64,000 bases of DNA from Candidatus Latescibacterota bacterium (GCA_965215195.1 CBDCDC010000002.1:1568001-1632000), one strand, 5' to 3'. Counted from the stretch's first letter, positions 1-10,469 are shown. The notes: generated by a model from the sequence alone, not told the origin. Numbers and translations: made by a program.

Positions 1-2
1 GC

Positions 3-1607
3 TACTCCTTGGCCCTAAACGACGGCAGCGAGGAGACCTCGGTAGAGGGCCGACCGCAGTACCTCAATCTCATAAGGGTGGAGGACAATATCGAAGCGGT
101 CGTCGATCTAAAAATCCCGCTCCAGTACGTGCGCTTTATCCGGCTCAAGTCCGAGTCGAATATCGGTTTTGAGGTCGACGAAATCGAGACCTACGGCTCT
201 GGTTTCGTGCCCGAAGCCCAGTACCTGTCCGACATCTTCGACTTGCAGGATCTGGCCATCTGGGGCAACCTGCGCTGGGCCGAGCGCCGCGAAGGCGTAC
301 CCGGGCTTTCGGATATCCGCGTTTTCACGCGCTCGGGCCGCGACGAAACCCCCTACGTCTTCAACCGGCTGAACGCCAATCAGCTAGGCGTGCCTTGGAA
401 GGCGGATGCCCAAGTCGATGAAATCCTCCTAGACGCCCTGTCCGTTGACGAGGCTTTTGACCTGTTCAATTCCCAGCCCCAAGCAACTAGGCAAAACCTC
501 ATTCTCTCCCAAGCCGACTACGAAGCCCTCGCAGACCAGCAAAAAGCGCCCTTGAGAGACGATGTGGTCAACTGGAGCACTTGGTCCCCCCCCTATCCGG
601 CAGAGGGACGGAGTGCGGTGGGGACCCCCATCATCTCGCCGGGACCGCGGCGCTACTTCCAGTTCAGAATCGACTTTGCCAGCCGCGATCTGAGTTCGGG
701 CAGCGGCGTTGATTCCCTGTCTTTCGATTTTGCCAGCCCCGTGCCGGCCGAGCGCATCGTCGGCGAAATTTTCCCCCGGGATGTGCCGGCCGGCGAAGTG
801 GTGGAATTCACCTATGGAATCTGGGCCGGGCTGCGGCCGCAGGACACCAGCTTCAATCGCTTTGAGATCGCCACGCCGAGCGTCCTCGAAGAGATCGGCC
901 GCATAGAACTGCGCGATGCACAGGACCATCTCATCCGCGGAGAGGATCTCGCGGTCCGACTCAGCGAGATCCAGCCCCCCTTTATCAGGGGCGACTTCAG
1001 CATCGAGAGCGCGGCCGACGGTCGCGTCGTCGTCGGTTTCCCGCCATTGACCAATGGCGATCTTCTCAAGATCACCTTCAAGACCTCGGTGCTGAGGTTC
1101 GGGCAGACCTTTGCCGGCCGCGCCTTCCTCGCGGACCCGGCGCGCGAGGAAGGGGGCCAACTGCCCCAGCAAGTCGTGCCGGGCAACGCCGCCCAGCTCG
1201 CGCCAGATGACGTGGATCCGCGCCCGGTGGGCAGCGAAGATCTGACCTTGGTGGATAATAGCCTCTCGGTGCGCACGGCCATCGAGGGTTCGCTGCTCGG
1301 CCAGATCCGGGTAGTGCCCCCGACCTTCACCCCCAACCGGGACGGAGTCAATGATGCCGCGGTTATCCACTACGATGTGCTGCGGCTGGGCGTGGCCGCT
1401 CCGCTGCGGGTAGAGATCTGCGATCTGAGCGGCCGCTCAATCGCCGCCTTTGCCAACGACCGGGCGAGCGGCCGCTTCTCGATTGGGTGGGACGGGAGCG
1501 ATTCGCACGGCAACGCAGTGCCGCCCGGCCTCTACTTGTTCCGCGTTTTTCTCGACACCAATGCAGGCTCTGACGCAAAGACCGGGGTCGTTGGGGTGGT
1601 GTACTGA
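3..1607 (+). CDS. Secreted protein with C-terminal FlgD-Ig/CHU_C-like tail (5' end outside window)
   Basis: C-terminus has FTPNRDGVND...WDGSDSHGNAVPPGLY; shares RSGRD, NWSxWSxPY, SPxPRR.FQ and GEIFP motifs with 7151 and 10987. Confidence 0.8.
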   Translation, partial: YSLALNDGSEETSVEGRPQYLNLIRVEDNIEAVVDLKIPLQYVRFIRLKSESNIGFEVDEIETYGSGFVPEAQYLSDIFDLQDLAIWGNLRWAERREGVPGLSDIRVFTRSGRDETPYVFNRLNANQLGVPWKADAQVDEILLDALSVDEAFDLFNSQPQATRQNLILSQADYEALADQQKAPLRDDVVNWSTWSPPYPAEGRSAVGTPIISPGPRRYFQFRIDFASRDLSSGSGVDSLSFDFASPVPAERIVGEIFPRDVPAGEVVEFTYGIWAGLRPQDTSFNRFEIATPSVLEEIGRIELRDAQDHLIRGEDLAVRLSEIQPPFIRGDFSIESAADGRVVVGFPPLTNGDLLKITFKTSVLRFGQTFAGRAFLADPAREEGGQLPQQVVPGNAAQLAPDDVDPRPVGSEDLTLVDNSLSVRTAIEGSLLGQIRVVPPTFTPNRDGVNDAAVIHYDVLRLGVAAPLRVEICDLSGRSIAAFANDRASGRFSIGWDGSDSHGNAVPPGLYLFRVFLDTNAGSDAKTGVVGVVY

Positions 1608-1688
1608 ATTTCGCGGCTTTTGCCAAGCGGCTGGAGCGCAACCTAGAAGTTTTCGCCGACGCCAAGGCGATCTGCGGAGGGATTTTTC

Positions 1689-4424
1689 ATGCAGCACTAC
1701 TTGACGCATCTGCTGGCCGGCGGGCTAGTCCTCGCGTGCCTAGATGGGGTCTGGGCGCAGGATTACGGCACCCGCTTGGGGGTGCAGCGCGGGGGTCGAG
1801 TCTCGTACGAACCGCAGGGGCCGGGCGTGCTCTTTGGCGCACTGGATCCCACGGTCAAGCGCTGGTACGTGCCCCAAGAACTCTACAGCGAGTACCGCTG
1901 GCAGACGTGGCAGTACACCAACTACGCACGCGACAAGTACCAGCGCTACGTATCCACGGCCCTCGAAGGCGATTACCTCTACGACCTGTACGGCAACTTT
2001 GTCACGCAGGGTTGGCTGATTTACGATATGCGCCGACAACAGCCCGCCGAATTCGGCAGCACGGTTTTTAAGGACAGCCGCTACGGCGGCTGGTTCAACC
2101 GCGTCCTCATCGCTTCGGACACCAAGGACCAGTACCACTACGCCGTGACGATCGGCGACCGCATCCGCACGACCCTGACGCCCCTGACCTTCTCAAAGCC
2201 GGCCTTCAGCGGCATCCAAGCCGACTTCGCCTCGGACAAGTACCAAGCCACGGTCCTCATGTCGCGCATCAGCAACCCCAACCCCCCTACTAGCGCCGGG
2301 GTGACGGGCATAACCAATACCACGGACTTCGTCGGCGGCCAACTCACCGGCCAACTCGGCGATTTTGTCACCGTGGGTGCCACCTACCTCAACGCCCATC
2401 ACTCCAATACCCTGCTGGAGAGCTTTATCGGCAGCCGCTTCCGCGGCGACCTCACTGTCGATCAGAACGGCACCGCCATCAATCGGATCGAAATCGTGCT
2501 CCAAGACGACTCGCCCGCAGACGGAGAGGGCGGGGCCGCCCTGTTCTCGCAGAATGTCATCATCACCTCGGTGGAGGACTTTGCCACCCTCGGCCGCGAG
2601 ACCGTCACCGGCAAGGAGATCAACTTTGTCCCCCTCATCCAAGGCGGTTTTCAACGGCAGGGTTTTCTCGCCGCCGACGGGGATGAGCGCATCCGCCTGA
2701 TCTACGATTTCTCCGACCGCTCGTACTCGGGGCCCGACCCGGCGACCATCGTCGAAGTAACCTTTGAATTAGTGCTGGCCAACGACTACAAGGTGTCCAT
2801 GACCTCGAACAACCAGCTCGACAACGACGAAACCCCCCATCCACTGGAGATCGCCCGGGCCGACGGCAATGTGCGCGACACCTCGAACCAACAGGTGGTG
2901 CGCTTTGCGTACGGCCTGCCCACGGCCAACCAGATTTTCGGCTTGCACCTGCGGACGACTAGGCTACTCGGTTTTGACACCTATGCCGAGTACGCGGTCA
3001 ACCACCAGTTCCGCAAGTACCCCAACTCCACGCTGGGCGAGCTGAACGAGGAGCACGAGTCGTCCGCTAGGCGGGCGGAGGCCTGGATAGTCAATGTGTC
3101 GCGCAGCGAATATCCCTTGTTCGCCTACGGCGAGGCCTTCAGCATGGAACGGCACTATGCGACCCACATTTTTCTCAGCGACCAGCGAGGCTCCTTTGAC
3201 TACTCAACGCGGACTCGGTTATTCGAGTTCGTCGAAGACAACGACGACCAAGACCGCATCCCAGACTGGGGGCGCTCAAACCAGATTGGCCCGGACACCG
3301 AGGTCTTCCCGGGCTGGGACGAGAACAACGACTTTATCAACGACTTCAACCAAAACGACAATCGGGTGCGCGAAAACCAAATTCCCGACTACGAAGAGCC
3401 TTTTTTGCGCTACCACAGCGATCGGCCCGAATTCCTCTTTGGCATCGACTTGAACAACAACGGCTGGATCGACCGCTTTGAAAACGACGAGCAGCCCGAC
3501 TTTCCCTACAAGCGGGACCACCGCGGGTACAATGTGTACGGCGGCCTACACCTCGCGCCGGAAGCGCGCTTGACCATAGGGCGCACTCGGCAGTGGCTGC
3601 TCTCGGCGGCTCAGCGCAACGAAACCAGTTACGCGCTCTTCACCTTGGACCGGGACATGGCCGGCTTTGGGCGCATACGGGTTTTCGACTTCCTAAAAAA
3701 GGCGCGCGACAACATAGCCGACGACCGCATCGCGCCCCTCCCCTATTTCAGAGGGCCGCAGCTACCCGTCAAGGATGTCCTGCCGGCCCAAGACACTTGG
3801 ATCAACACCCTGTGGCTGGGATTTGACTACGCGGGCATCCCCTCCTTAAAGGTGGAAAACAAGCTCAAGTACGAGTTTATGCACCAGTTGCTCGCCGAGG
3901 AGACCTTGGCCGAGCAGAGTGCCCGCAAGGACGCGCACTTCTTCGGCCTGATCAACAAAGCCGCCTATTCCCTGAACCTACTAAGCGTGAATTTCCTGCC
4001 GTCGGTTAAGAGCGAGTACCTAATAGATCAGCCCTTTCTCAAGACGGAAGACAAACGCAAACACTGGTCGCCGAGTTTCTTCCTCATCGCCCGTCTGCCC
4101 CTGATGCCGCGCACCCAGTTTGAGGCCGGCCTCGAACAGAGTTTCAAATGGGAGTTGCGGGCCGACGAGGACGAATTGGTGGAGCTGCGGGCCGAGGGCG
4201 TGGAAACCGGCGATTTCGGCGAGACCATCTTGGCGGTCCAGACCACCAATACCACCGACTACCTCGGCTACAAATTGGTCACCCAGCTCGGTTTTCTGTA
4301 CGAGCGCAGAGGGCTGGAAGTGGTGCAAAAAAGGGCCGTGGAAGGCGCTGACGACGCCTTTGCGCTGGGGGATCGGACGGCGACGGGTTTCACCACCTTT
4401 ATCACCATTTACGCCGGCCTCTAA
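1689..4424 (+). CDS. Large secreted, probably outer-membrane protein of unknown family (paralog A)
   Basis: 911 aa; signal peptide ending AWA|QDYG; Asp-rich loops (EDNDDQD, GWDENNDFINDFNQND, GIDLNNNGWID); amphipathic C-terminal strand ITIYAGL; RBS GGAGG. Confidence 0.8.
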   Translation: MQHYLTHLLAGGLVLACLDGVWAQDYGTRLGVQRGGRVSYEPQGPGVLFGALDPTVKRWYVPQELYSEYRWQTWQYTNYARDKYQRYVSTALEGDYLYDLYGNFVTQGWLIYDMRRQQPAEFGSTVFKDSRYGGWFNRVLIASDTKDQYHYAVTIGDRIRTTLTPLTFSKPAFSGIQADFASDKYQATVLMSRISNPNPPTSAGVTGITNTTDFVGGQLTGQLGDFVTVGATYLNAHHSNTLLESFIGSRFRGDLTVDQNGTAINRIEIVLQDDSPADGEGGAALFSQNVIITSVEDFATLGRETVTGKEINFVPLIQGGFQRQGFLAADGDERIRLIYDFSDRSYSGPDPATIVEVTFELVLANDYKVSMTSNNQLDNDETPHPLEIARADGNVRDTSNQQVVRFAYGLPTANQIFGLHLRTTRLLGFDTYAEYAVNHQFRKYPNSTLGELNEEHESSARRAEAWIVNVSRSEYPLFAYGEAFSMERHYATHIFLSDQRGSFDYSTRTRLFEFVEDNDDQDRIPDWGRSNQIGPDTEVFPGWDENNDFINDFNQNDNRVRENQIPDYEEPFLRYHSDRPEFLFGIDLNNNGWIDRFENDEQPDFPYKRDHRGYNVYGGLHLAPEARLTIGRTRQWLLSAAQRNETSYALFTLDRDMAGFGRIRVFDFLKKARDNIADDRIAPLPYFRGPQLPVKDVLPAQDTWINTLWLGFDYAGIPSLKVENKLKYEFMHQLLAEETLAEQSARKDAHFFGLINKAAYSLNLLSVNFLPSVKSEYLIDQPFLKTEDKRKHWSPSFFLIARLPLMPRTQFEAGLEQSFKWELRADEDELVELRAEGVETGDFGETILAVQTTNTTDYLGYKLVTQLGFLYERRGLEVVQKRAVEGADDAFALGDRTATGFTTFITIYAGL

Positions 4425-7138
4425 TGATGCGCGAGACCCTCTCCGCCCTTGCGCTCCTAACACTGGCTGGGACCAGCGTCAGTGCCCAAGACTACGGCAA
4501 TCGCTTGGGGCAGGGGCGCGGCGAAGACGTGCAATTCCCGACCACGGGCCCCAGCATCCTCTCGGCTGCGCTCGATCCCCGGGTGCAAAAGTGGTACTTG
4601 CCCCAGGAACTCTACGGCGAATACCGGCTGAATCAGTGGTCGTACACCAACTACGCGAGGGATTTCTACCGGCGCTACCTGCAGCCAGACTTGGAAGGGG
4701 ACTACTTCTACGATCTGTTTGGCCGCCGCGTCATGCACGGGTGGCTGATCTACGAGGCGAGAAAAGAACAACCCCGAGCCTCGGAGGGCAACAGCCTGCT
4801 CAAATCCCCGCTCTACGGCGGCAATTTTCAGAACTTGACCATCTCTTCCGACGCCAAGGGACAGTACCGCTACGCCCTGACCGTCGGCAACGAGATTCGC
4901 ACCACTCTCACGCCCATGACTTTCAACAAGGCCGTCTTCAACGGCATCCAGTTCGATTATCTGGCGGACCGCTACGCCGGCACCGTGCTCCTTTCGCGCG
5001 TCAGCGCACCGCTGGTGGCCACCTCGGACTTTGGCGTGGGACTCACCAACGCCACAGAATTGAAAGCCGGACGGGCAACGGTCCAAGTCGGCGACCGCGT
5101 CACCCTCGGCGGCACCTACGTCAACACCCACAACAGCCGCGCCACCCTAGAGCGCTTTGCCGGCAATATGTTCAAGGGCTTTCTCACCACCGATCAGGCC
5201 GCCAACGCCGTCTCCTTCGTGGAAATCCGCCTCGGCGACGATTCGCCCGCAGATGGCGAGGGCGGGGCCATTCTCTTTGCCGAAAACGCCATCCTCGAGG
5301 ACGTCACTGGCCACACTTGGGAAAGCACCCAAGTCGGTTATACCCCGGTGCGGACGGGCGGCCAGTTGCGCGATGGGTTTCCCGTGGCCGACGGCAACGA
5401 GCGCATGATCCTGCGCTACAACCTCGAAACCCTCGCTGCGGCGAGAATTGTGCAGGTTGATGGCGAGCCTAGCCTATCGCCCACCACAGTTGATTCCCTC
5501 GCCGAGGTGCGCTTCGAATTGGTGCTGGCCAACGACTACCGGATCGAGATTACCTCGGACCGCCAGACCAACATCGAGGGCCAACCAGTCTTTCTGCCGG
5601 TGCAGAGCGCTCCGCGCAACGTCAAGGACACCTCCAATCGGCGCACCGTGCGCTTCGACTACGGCCTGCCCACGGCCAATCAGATCGCTGGTTTCACCGC
5701 AGCGGTCCACGAATTGTGGGGCTTCAACCTGTACGCGGAAGTGAACGTCAACCACCGCTTTGTCCAGTATCCCAGCCCGCTGCTGGAGACCCATCGGATC
5801 GCCGCCAAGAGGGCGGACGCATGGATGGTCAATCTGTCGCAGATTCGCTCCCCCTATTTTTTTCACCTCGAAGCTTTCAGCATGGATCCAAATTACACCA
5901 CGAGCATCTTTATGACCGAGACCAACGGGCGGACCGACTTTGCCGACGAAGAGACCTTTTTCTACGACTACGTCGACGACAACGACGACCAAGACCGCTT
6001 TCCCGACCAGAAGCGCCGCTGGCAGTCAATCGCGCTGAGCGGCAGCCAGACCGGCGAAGGCGCGGCCGACCCGTCCGTATTCCCCGGTTGGGACGAAAAC
6101 GGCGACTTCATCTCGGACTTCAACCAGAACGACAACCCAGTGCGCCGCAACTCGATTGCGGACTACGAGGAGCCCTTCCTGCGCTTTAGCGCCGATCGGC
6201 CGGAGTTTCTCTTTGGCATCGATCTCAACAACAACGGCTGGATCGACCGCTTTGAAGACGACGCCGACCCGGATTATCCCTACGACCGGGATCACCGGGG
6301 CTACAATGTGTACGGCGGCGTCGACGTGCTTCCCCAGATGCGCCTGACGGCCGGGCAGACGCGGCAGTGGCGGCTGTCCTCGGGCCGGCGCAGCGAGGTA
6401 GCGTACGGGCTTTTCACCTTTGAGCGCGATTGGGCCGCCTTGGGCCGGCTGCGCGTCTTCGAGCACGTGAAGAAAGTGCGCGACAACATAGCGGACGACC
6501 GCATTGCCGCGCCGAAATTCTTCCGCGATTCCCAAGCTACGGTCGAAGACCCGCTGCCGGCTCAGAACACTTGGATTAATACATTCTGGCTGGGCTTTGA
6601 CTACGCGCGCCTAGCTCCATTGTACCTGTCCAACAAGTTCAAGTACGAATTCCTCCACCAGCGCGACAAACAGCAGGTACTCGACGAGCGCGGCGCACGG
6701 CGCAATGCGCGCTTTGTCGGCTTGGTCAACAAGGCGGATTGTGGCTTTGCGGTCGGCAAGTTCCACGTCCGACCGCGCCTCAAAAACGAATTCTTCTGGG
6801 ACGTCCCCTACCTAAAGGAGGCGGAGAAACGCCACTGGTGGAAGCAGATGCTATCCCTCAGCGTCAAATTCCCCATCCTCAAACGCTCGTGGATCGAGAC
6901 GGGCCTGGAGCAGGTATTCACCACCGACTTGGGGGTGGCAGCCGGGCTGCACACGGGCGATGCGCGCCAGACGGTTCTGGCGTTGCAGCTAACCAATTAC
7001 GGGACCTACGTGGGCTATCGCTCGATCATGCAGTTTGGCCTGCGCTACGACCGGGACCGATTTGAGCGCCGCGGTGCGAAGCCCGAGACCAAGACGGGCA
7101 GCCTCGTCTTTCTCTCTTTCTACACCGGGCTAAAATAG
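4424..7138 (+). CDS. Large secreted, probably outer-membrane protein of unknown family (paralog B)
   Basis: 904 aa; collinear with paralog A (QDYGxRLG, ALDPxVxxWYxPQELY, same Asp loops); TAATG stop/start overlap. Confidence 0.8.
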   Translation: MMRETLSALALLTLAGTSVSAQDYGNRLGQGRGEDVQFPTTGPSILSAALDPRVQKWYLPQELYGEYRLNQWSYTNYARDFYRRYLQPDLEGDYFYDLFGRRVMHGWLIYEARKEQPRASEGNSLLKSPLYGGNFQNLTISSDAKGQYRYALTVGNEIRTTLTPMTFNKAVFNGIQFDYLADRYAGTVLLSRVSAPLVATSDFGVGLTNATELKAGRATVQVGDRVTLGGTYVNTHNSRATLERFAGNMFKGFLTTDQAANAVSFVEIRLGDDSPADGEGGAILFAENAILEDVTGHTWESTQVGYTPVRTGGQLRDGFPVADGNERMILRYNLETLAAARIVQVDGEPSLSPTTVDSLAEVRFELVLANDYRIEITSDRQTNIEGQPVFLPVQSAPRNVKDTSNRRTVRFDYGLPTANQIAGFTAAVHELWGFNLYAEVNVNHRFVQYPSPLLETHRIAAKRADAWMVNLSQIRSPYFFHLEAFSMDPNYTTSIFMTETNGRTDFADEETFFYDYVDDNDDQDRFPDQKRRWQSIALSGSQTGEGAADPSVFPGWDENGDFISDFNQNDNPVRRNSIADYEEPFLRFSADRPEFLFGIDLNNNGWIDRFEDDADPDYPYDRDHRGYNVYGGVDVLPQMRLTAGQTRQWRLSSGRRSEVAYGLFTFERDWAALGRLRVFEHVKKVRDNIADDRIAAPKFFRDSQATVEDPLPAQNTWINTFWLGFDYARLAPLYLSNKFKYEFLHQRDKQQVLDERGARRNARFVGLVNKADCGFAVGKFHVRPRLKNEFFWDVPYLKEAEKRHWWKQMLSLSVKFPILKRSWIETGLEQVFTTDLGVAAGLHTGDARQTVLALQLTNYGTYVGYRSIMQFGLRYDRDRFERRGAKPETKTGSLVFLSFYTGLK

Positions 7139-7150
7139 AAAAGGTGTACC

Positions 7151-9667
7151 ATGCTACATACGTATTGCGCGATCTATCTGCTAGGCGCGGTGCTCGGGTG
7201 TGGTGCGGTCGCGGCTCAGGATGGCTATGCGATCCGCGGCGACCGGATCATCACCGAGGGCGAGGACGCGTGGCGGCAATGGCTCTTCCCGGTCGGCACG
7301 ATCGACTTCGACGCCCAAGGCGTCCGGCCCCACTTCGTGGCCCGGGACATCAATGCCAGCCTCGACGCCCAGCACTTTCCGCTCGAAGCTGCGGACGACG
7401 AAAAGGGGGGCATCCACGCGGCCGGGTCCAACGCGGCCGCCGCTGCCAACATCCTCGATGGCGATCCTTTGACCTATTGGGAACCGAATCTCGACGATCC
7501 GCCCGATCGGTGGTGGGTGGTGATCGACCTCGGACGCATGGTGCCGGCCACGCGCCTTGTCCTGCGCTTTGCCGCCGCAGGGCAGGGCGATCCATTCTAC
7601 CACTTCCGGGTGCTGGCAGCCAACGGCGACGCCCGTCTCGGTGCCAGCGACAATCTCGACTACCACCTCGTTGGCCGCACTAGGCGGCCCAATCTCGACC
7701 AGCGGGAATTCGCCTTTGCGCTGAGTCCCTTTTCCCCAGCCGACCCATCCTTTACCGGGGATGCCGTGCGCTTCATCCAAGTGGTGATGACCGACAGCCG
7801 CTTGGGCAAGGCCGAGGAAGTGGCCGACCTAGAGGCGTACCAAGCCCTGTCCGCGTCCGCGCAAGGCGATGTGGACTATTTCGGCCGCAGCCGCTCGGGG
7901 CGCGAGTGGGGTCTCGACGAAGCGACCTATCAGTTGCTCGATCCGTCCGAACGAGGCTCAATCCGCTATTACCGCCGCGAACAGCCCCGCCTCGCCGAGC
8001 TCGAGGTCCGCACGGTGGGAGAAAATATCGCCTTAGGCCTGCTGCCGCGCGGCGGGGCCATAGAGGCGGATGGCAGCAATCTCGGCAAGAGCGTCGACGG
8101 AAACTACGCGACCTACTACAACTTTCAGGGTGGATACACGGCCGAGGCTTCAAACCGAGAGCGCCGCACGGTTTTCGACCTAGGCTCGCTCTACTGGATC
8201 GACCGCATCCAGATCCTCACCGCCCATCCGCCCAACCCCAGTGGCACGCTGCGCTCGTACCGCGCCAAGGTGTCGGACGGCTCTCTAGCCCCAGACGGAA
8301 CCTTGGCGTGGACCCAAGTGGCCCACCGGCCGGAGAAAAGCCAGCATCGGTGGCAGGAGCTGCACTTCGAGTTGATCAAGGGCCGCTTCCTCATCTTCGA
8401 TTACCTAGTCCACCTCGGTGGCTCGCAGTCCTCCATAGGGGAGTTTATGGTCTTCGGCGAGGGGTATCAGCCCGAAGTGGTGCTGGAATCGCCCCTGATC
8501 GACTTGGGCAACTCCAGAAACCTGACTACCCTCCACTGGCAGGGGCACACCCCGCCCGGCACCCGCATTGAGCTAGCCACCCGCACCGGCGACCAGATCA
8601 AAACCATCACCCACTACTTCAGAAAAGACGGCACCGAGATCACCGAGCAAAAATACAACAAAACGATCGCCGCCCTGCGGGGTCCCACGACCGAGGAGGT
8701 CGTCGTCGAAGAAGAGACCTGGAGTAGCTGGAGCCAGCCGCACGCGGCCTCGGGCGAAGAGGTCACTTCGCCTTCCCCGCGCCGCTTTATGAAGGCGCAG
8801 GTCAAGCTGTTCAGCGACTATCCAGATCGCTTTGCCCAGCTAGCGCAGCTCGAAGTGCGCTTTGCCCAGCCGTGGGTGGAGCGGGCGTGGGGCGAGGTGT
8901 ATCCGGTACACGTAGAGCGTTTAGGCGCAGAGACCCCGCTGACCTTTTTCGTGCGAGCGGAACAACGTTCCAGCGATCCGGGCATTGACGAGGTGCTACT
9001 CATCAATTCAAACGAGGTGCCGTTGAGCCTGCAGAGCATCCGTCTCGGCCCTGCGGCCGCAGTGGCCGGGGGACGCGGGCGGCCCGTCGAGCTGTCGGGG
9101 GTGGAGGTGCGCCCGACCGGGGACGATTCGCTGTGGGTGCGGCTGCCCGAGGTCGTCCCGCGCAACGAGGTAGTGGCCCTAGAGGTTTCTACCACGCTCT
9201 TCGGGCACGGGGCCTCGTTTGCCGGACGAGTGGGCAACCGCGACAATTCGGGTGCTTGGCAGCGGGTGGAAGCCGGCGATGCAGTGGAGGAGGTAGAGAG
9301 CCAGGTTTTGCGGGTGCTGGCACCAGAGGGTCAGGTGGGTCTGTCCAGCTTGCAACTCAGCGCACAGGTGGTGACCCCCAATGGGGACGGGGTCAATGAG
9401 GCCGCGACCTTGCACTTTGAGGTGTTGCGGATGGACGGGGCCCAGTCCGTGCTGGTGTCGGTGTACGATCTGTCGGGTCGCCGGGTGTGGGAATTAGAGG
9501 AGGAGCGCGCCCGGGCGAGCGGTCTGTACAAAGTAGCATGGCCGGGCGTGGACCACGCGGGCGCACCCGTGCGGCCGGGGGTGTACTTGTTGCGCGTAGA
9601 GGTAGAAGCGGATGCGGATGTGGATGTAGAGGCCGCTTTGGTGCGTGCAGTGTACGTGGCTTATTGA
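7151..9667 (+). CDS. Secreted protein with discoidin-like N-terminal domains and FlgD-Ig/CHU_C-like tail
   Basis: Signal peptide; ANILDGDPLTYWEP...WWVVIDLG (F5/8-type-C-like); TPNGDGVNE...WPGVDHAGAPVRPGVY tail. Confidence 0.8.
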   Translation: MLHTYCAIYLLGAVLGCGAVAAQDGYAIRGDRIITEGEDAWRQWLFPVGTIDFDAQGVRPHFVARDINASLDAQHFPLEAADDEKGGIHAAGSNAAAAANILDGDPLTYWEPNLDDPPDRWWVVIDLGRMVPATRLVLRFAAAGQGDPFYHFRVLAANGDARLGASDNLDYHLVGRTRRPNLDQREFAFALSPFSPADPSFTGDAVRFIQVVMTDSRLGKAEEVADLEAYQALSASAQGDVDYFGRSRSGREWGLDEATYQLLDPSERGSIRYYRREQPRLAELEVRTVGENIALGLLPRGGAIEADGSNLGKSVDGNYATYYNFQGGYTAEASNRERRTVFDLGSLYWIDRIQILTAHPPNPSGTLRSYRAKVSDGSLAPDGTLAWTQVAHRPEKSQHRWQELHFELIKGRFLIFDYLVHLGGSQSSIGEFMVFGEGYQPEVVLESPLIDLGNSRNLTTLHWQGHTPPGTRIELATRTGDQIKTITHYFRKDGTEITEQKYNKTIAALRGPTTEEVVVEEETWSSWSQPHAASGEEVTSPSPRRFMKAQVKLFSDYPDRFAQLAQLEVRFAQPWVERAWGEVYPVHVERLGAETPLTFFVRAEQRSSDPGIDEVLLINSNEVPLSLQSIRLGPAAAVAGGRGRPVELSGVEVRPTGDDSLWVRLPEVVPRNEVVALEVSTTLFGHGASFAGRVGNRDNSGAWQRVEAGDAVEEVESQVLRVLAPEGQVGLSSLQLSAQVVTPNGDGVNEAATLHFEVLRMDGAQSVLVSVYDLSGRRVWELEEERARASGLYKVAWPGVDHAGAPVRPGVYLLRVEVEADADVDVEAALVRAVYVAY

Positions 9668-9679
9668 TTTTCTCAGCGC

Positions 9680-9985
9680 CGGGTTGACCGTGATCGATGG
9701 CGGCTCCTGCGCTGTCCTACGCCGTGTAGGCCCCCATCGGTGGCGGCTTCGGGCCGTCCGCGTGGCCGCGTCAAACGACAGGCCCGCGGGGAGCCCCGAC
9801 ACGCGATAGGTTATCTCTCCCTCACCGCCCGTAGCTTCCGGCAGTACCAAATCGGTAATCGCCGTACCATCGGTGTGACCTCCCCGGCAAAACCGAAGGC
9901 CATCTCGTCGTCGCTGTCGGAATCGGCCTCCGGTGGCGTCGCGCCGTCGTCGTCCGTAATCGTACCCGTCGCCTCGGCCAGCAGT
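9680..9985 (-). pseudogene. Fragment of a Calx-beta/He_PIG Ig-repeat adhesin gene
   Basis: Broken frames read AEATGTITDDDG and LPEATGGEGEITYRVSGLPAGLSFDAATRT, matching the repeat at ~63650-63760. Confidence 0.7.
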
Positions 9986-10035
9986 GCGTGGGAATGGTCG
10001 GCGCGGGCGGTCTCAGCACCGGGTGTGCGGGCATT

Positions 10036-10317
10036 TCAGCCGGGCAAGCGCGACAAGATCAGCGTGCCCAGGGCTAACAGGGTGGTCAACTGGATGCCGA
10101 TAAGCCAGCGAAAATCTCGGCGTTGCTCCTGCCGTAATGCGGCCAACTCTTGGCGCATCTCCTGCCGAAGTTCGCGGCCTTGCTCGGTAATGGCTTGCTC
10201 AATGCGGTCGAGGCGGGCGTTGGTCTGGCGGCCTTGCTCGGTCAACTGCTCGGCAATGCCTTCCAGCCGGCCAATGCGGAGGTCGTGATCTTGGGCTTGG
10301 GTAATGGGTTCGCTCAT
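10036..10317 (-). CDS. Small coiled-coil protein with C-terminal TM helix (DUF1640/XhlA-like architecture)
   Basis: 93 aa; RBS AGGAGG; heptad region followed by WLIGIQLTTLLALGTLIL; paralog at 15224. Confidence 0.75.
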   Translation of the reverse strand: MSEPITQAQDHDLRIGRLEGIAEQLTEQGRQTNARLDRIEQAITEQGRELRQEMRQELAALRQEQRRDFRWLIGIQLTTLLALGTLILSRLPG

Positions 10318-10336
10318 GGCGATACCTCCTTAAAGC

Positions 10337-10390
10337 GCACCAACCCGGCGCGGCCGGCGCGCAAGAGAGGCGGCCGCGCCGGGTTGGTGC
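10337..10390. repeat. Perfect 20-bp inverted repeat (14-nt loop) in the leader of the 10036 gene
   Basis: GCACCAACCCGGCGCGGCCG...CGGCCGCGCCGGGTTGGTGC. Confidence 0.85.
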
Positions 10391-10469
10391 TGTCTGTATG
10401 TCGTCGGGGCCACGGGCGAAGAAAGATAGGCTTCGGTGCAGGGAGTGCAAGCGCAGCACGGCTTCCGCG

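Noticed and set aside
4120-5460. Long alternative-frame ORFs (also 18458-19660, 37340-38923, 49020-50390)
   Set aside because: Shadow ORFs of GC-rich genes with Arg/Pro-rich or antisense-type composition and no motifs
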